This document shows, one piece after another, positions 62,543 through 64,000 of a stretch of DNA of 64,000 nucleotides (the first letter of the stretch is position 1; each line of letters opens with the position of its first letter). The notes beneath the pieces are model-generated. The model had not been told where the DNA came from and did no database searches. It saw only the letters and a program-made list of their open reading frames with translations. A program made the position numbers and the translations under genes. The DNA comes from Macrostomum lignano (lineage: Eukaryota), in contig NIVC01000038.1 in the NCBI GenBank assembly GCA_002269645.1, positions 62,001 to 126,000 on the forward strand, read 5' to 3'.

Positions 62543-63811
62543 GTACCCACGAAGACAACTGCTCCATCAACCCGAACGACTGTCTGGATCCGGCCACCAA
62601 CCGCAGCGTGTGCGCTCACGCGTCGAGCTGCACGGACGGCCTGGCCTCATTCACCTGCCACTGCCTGCCCGGCTACGAGGGCCCGACCTGCTCAGTCGAC
62701 ATCAACGAGTGCGAGCGGTTCGGACAGCCGTGTAGGAACGGAGCCGTCTGCAAGGACCTGGTAGCGGATTATGCCTGCACCGGCTGCCCTGCTGACTATA
62801 CGGAGGCAAAAACTGCAGCGTCAGACTGACTGGCTGCGACTCCAGCCCATGTCACATAAATGCTACTTGCGAGCCGCTGCTTCTTCGCGAGCTGCCGTCA
62901 CCTGCTCACGGCTACCGCTGCACCTGCAAGCCTGGCTGGTCTGGACCGCAGTGCAACGAGACCACTCTGGCGTCATTCAACGGGACGTCCAGTTTCAGCG
63001 CCAATTTTAGTACAACAGCTGACTGCAACTTCGAGCTGTCATTTCGCACGAGTGTCGCTCACTTCGATCTGGTCCGGCTCTCGTCTCACTGGGGAGACAT
63101 CCGAGTCGGCGCTCACGACTCCAGTCTCATGCTGTTGTTCTTCAATGCCTCATCGTCTGTGATTGGTCAAGCCGCTTGGCCAATCAGTGCCAGCTTGGCC
63201 TCTACTGATTGGCTGACACTGTCGGTCTCGCTGACCAATGGCAGAGCGACATTGAGTCGCAGTGAGTCAGGAGTGAGTCAGACGCCTGGAGCACAGCTGG
63301 TCGACGGATTGTCGAACTCATTCAAGCCGAACAGTCGAATGTCAGTTCGTGTCGGCGTCGAGAGCGGATCCGGGATCGACGGCAGCGGCGGCTTTCGCGG
63401 CTGCGTGAGAGACCTGAGGCTCGTGACGGACGATTCGATGATCGTCGCTACGGAGACCACGACAGAGTCGAGCAACGCGACCTGGGGAGTCTGCAGTCGG
63501 TGCAGTGCGGCAGCCCGTCTTGTGAAGCAAAGACGAGCTCGATGTGCTCAGATGTGTGGAACGACTTTGTGTGCCACTGCGCTGCGGACTTCGGAGGCCT
63601 GCGCTGCTCCGTTGAGCTTCCATCGTTCTCACTGGGTGTGGGCGGCAGCGTGTCATCAACGATCTCCGCGTCTGCAGCAGGTGTGTCAAGTGTGTATGGC
63701 GGAGACTCGTGGACGATTGAGCTGAGGCTGGTGACTTTGTCTCGAGGAGCGTTTCTGCTGCTGCTGGGCAACCCGAGCGACTCAGCGACCACTCCGAGAC
63801 TGCTCGCTACA
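62543..63811 (+). CDS. crb: Crumbs-like exon: EGFs, LamG1, EGF, start of LamG2 (two apparent frameshifts)
   Basis: DINEC...; GWSGPQCNETTLASFNG; FELSFRT; GFRGCVRDL; CSDVWNDFVCHC. Frame changes near 62800 and 63499; donor aca|gtcagt is a best guess. Confidence 0.8.
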
Positions 63812-63893
63812 GTCAGTGTCCTTGTGGTACTCCTCTGTAGATGTTCAAGGTTTTTACACTCGTAAAGTCAATTTTTCTTTAAAATCTTTTCAG

Positions 63894-64000
63894 ATCGATC
63901 ACTCTGGTCGTCTGTCCGCCCAGTTACTGCACGGCAACGGCTCCTCATCGCAGCGCTGACGTCATCAGACTCTTGGCCACCGGCAGCTTCGTCTTCGTGA
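63894..64000 (+). CDS. crb: Crumbs-like exon continuing LamG2 (runs off window; frame uncertain)
   Basis: Acceptor aaaatcttttcag|; IDHSGRLSAQLLHG then TGA in that frame. Confidence 0.5.

Noticed and set aside
58893-63811. Notch, or continuation of the teneurin gene
   Set aside because: It has its own signal-peptide exon after the teneurin stop, the Crumbs-specific inserted EGF, and LamG domains, which Notch lacks.

Overview
Eukaryotic (animal) genomic DNA. The extreme intronic minisatellite load and divergent neural proteins suggest a flatworm such as Macrostomum, which is an inference only. Most of the window (2229-55398, + strand) is one teneurin gene. I rebuilt it by hand from 20 GT-AG exons whose phases all join in frame (8007 nt including the stop, about 2668 aa). 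Domain order: intracellular domain with basic NLS-like, polyQ and polyPro motifs, TM helix, Ig-like region, 8 EGF repeats, Cys-rich region, FN-plug, NHL propeller, YD/RHS shell. The reading frame stops inside the ABD-like region with no recognisable Tox-GHH/TCAP tail. About 1.9 kb downstream on the same strand a Crumbs-like gene begins (signal peptide, EGF repeats, LamG). It runs off the window end and has several apparent frameshifts. Every intron longer than about 400 nt holds its own tandem repeat; many units are 20-24 bp. One array multiplies a real 5' splice site ten times, one is an array of YY1/Pho consensus sites, and one is a two-state 15-bp array with higher-order structure. A full-length tRNA/CORE-type SINE and a LINE 3' remnant are also present. 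Most long ORFs in the supplied track are translations of repeats.
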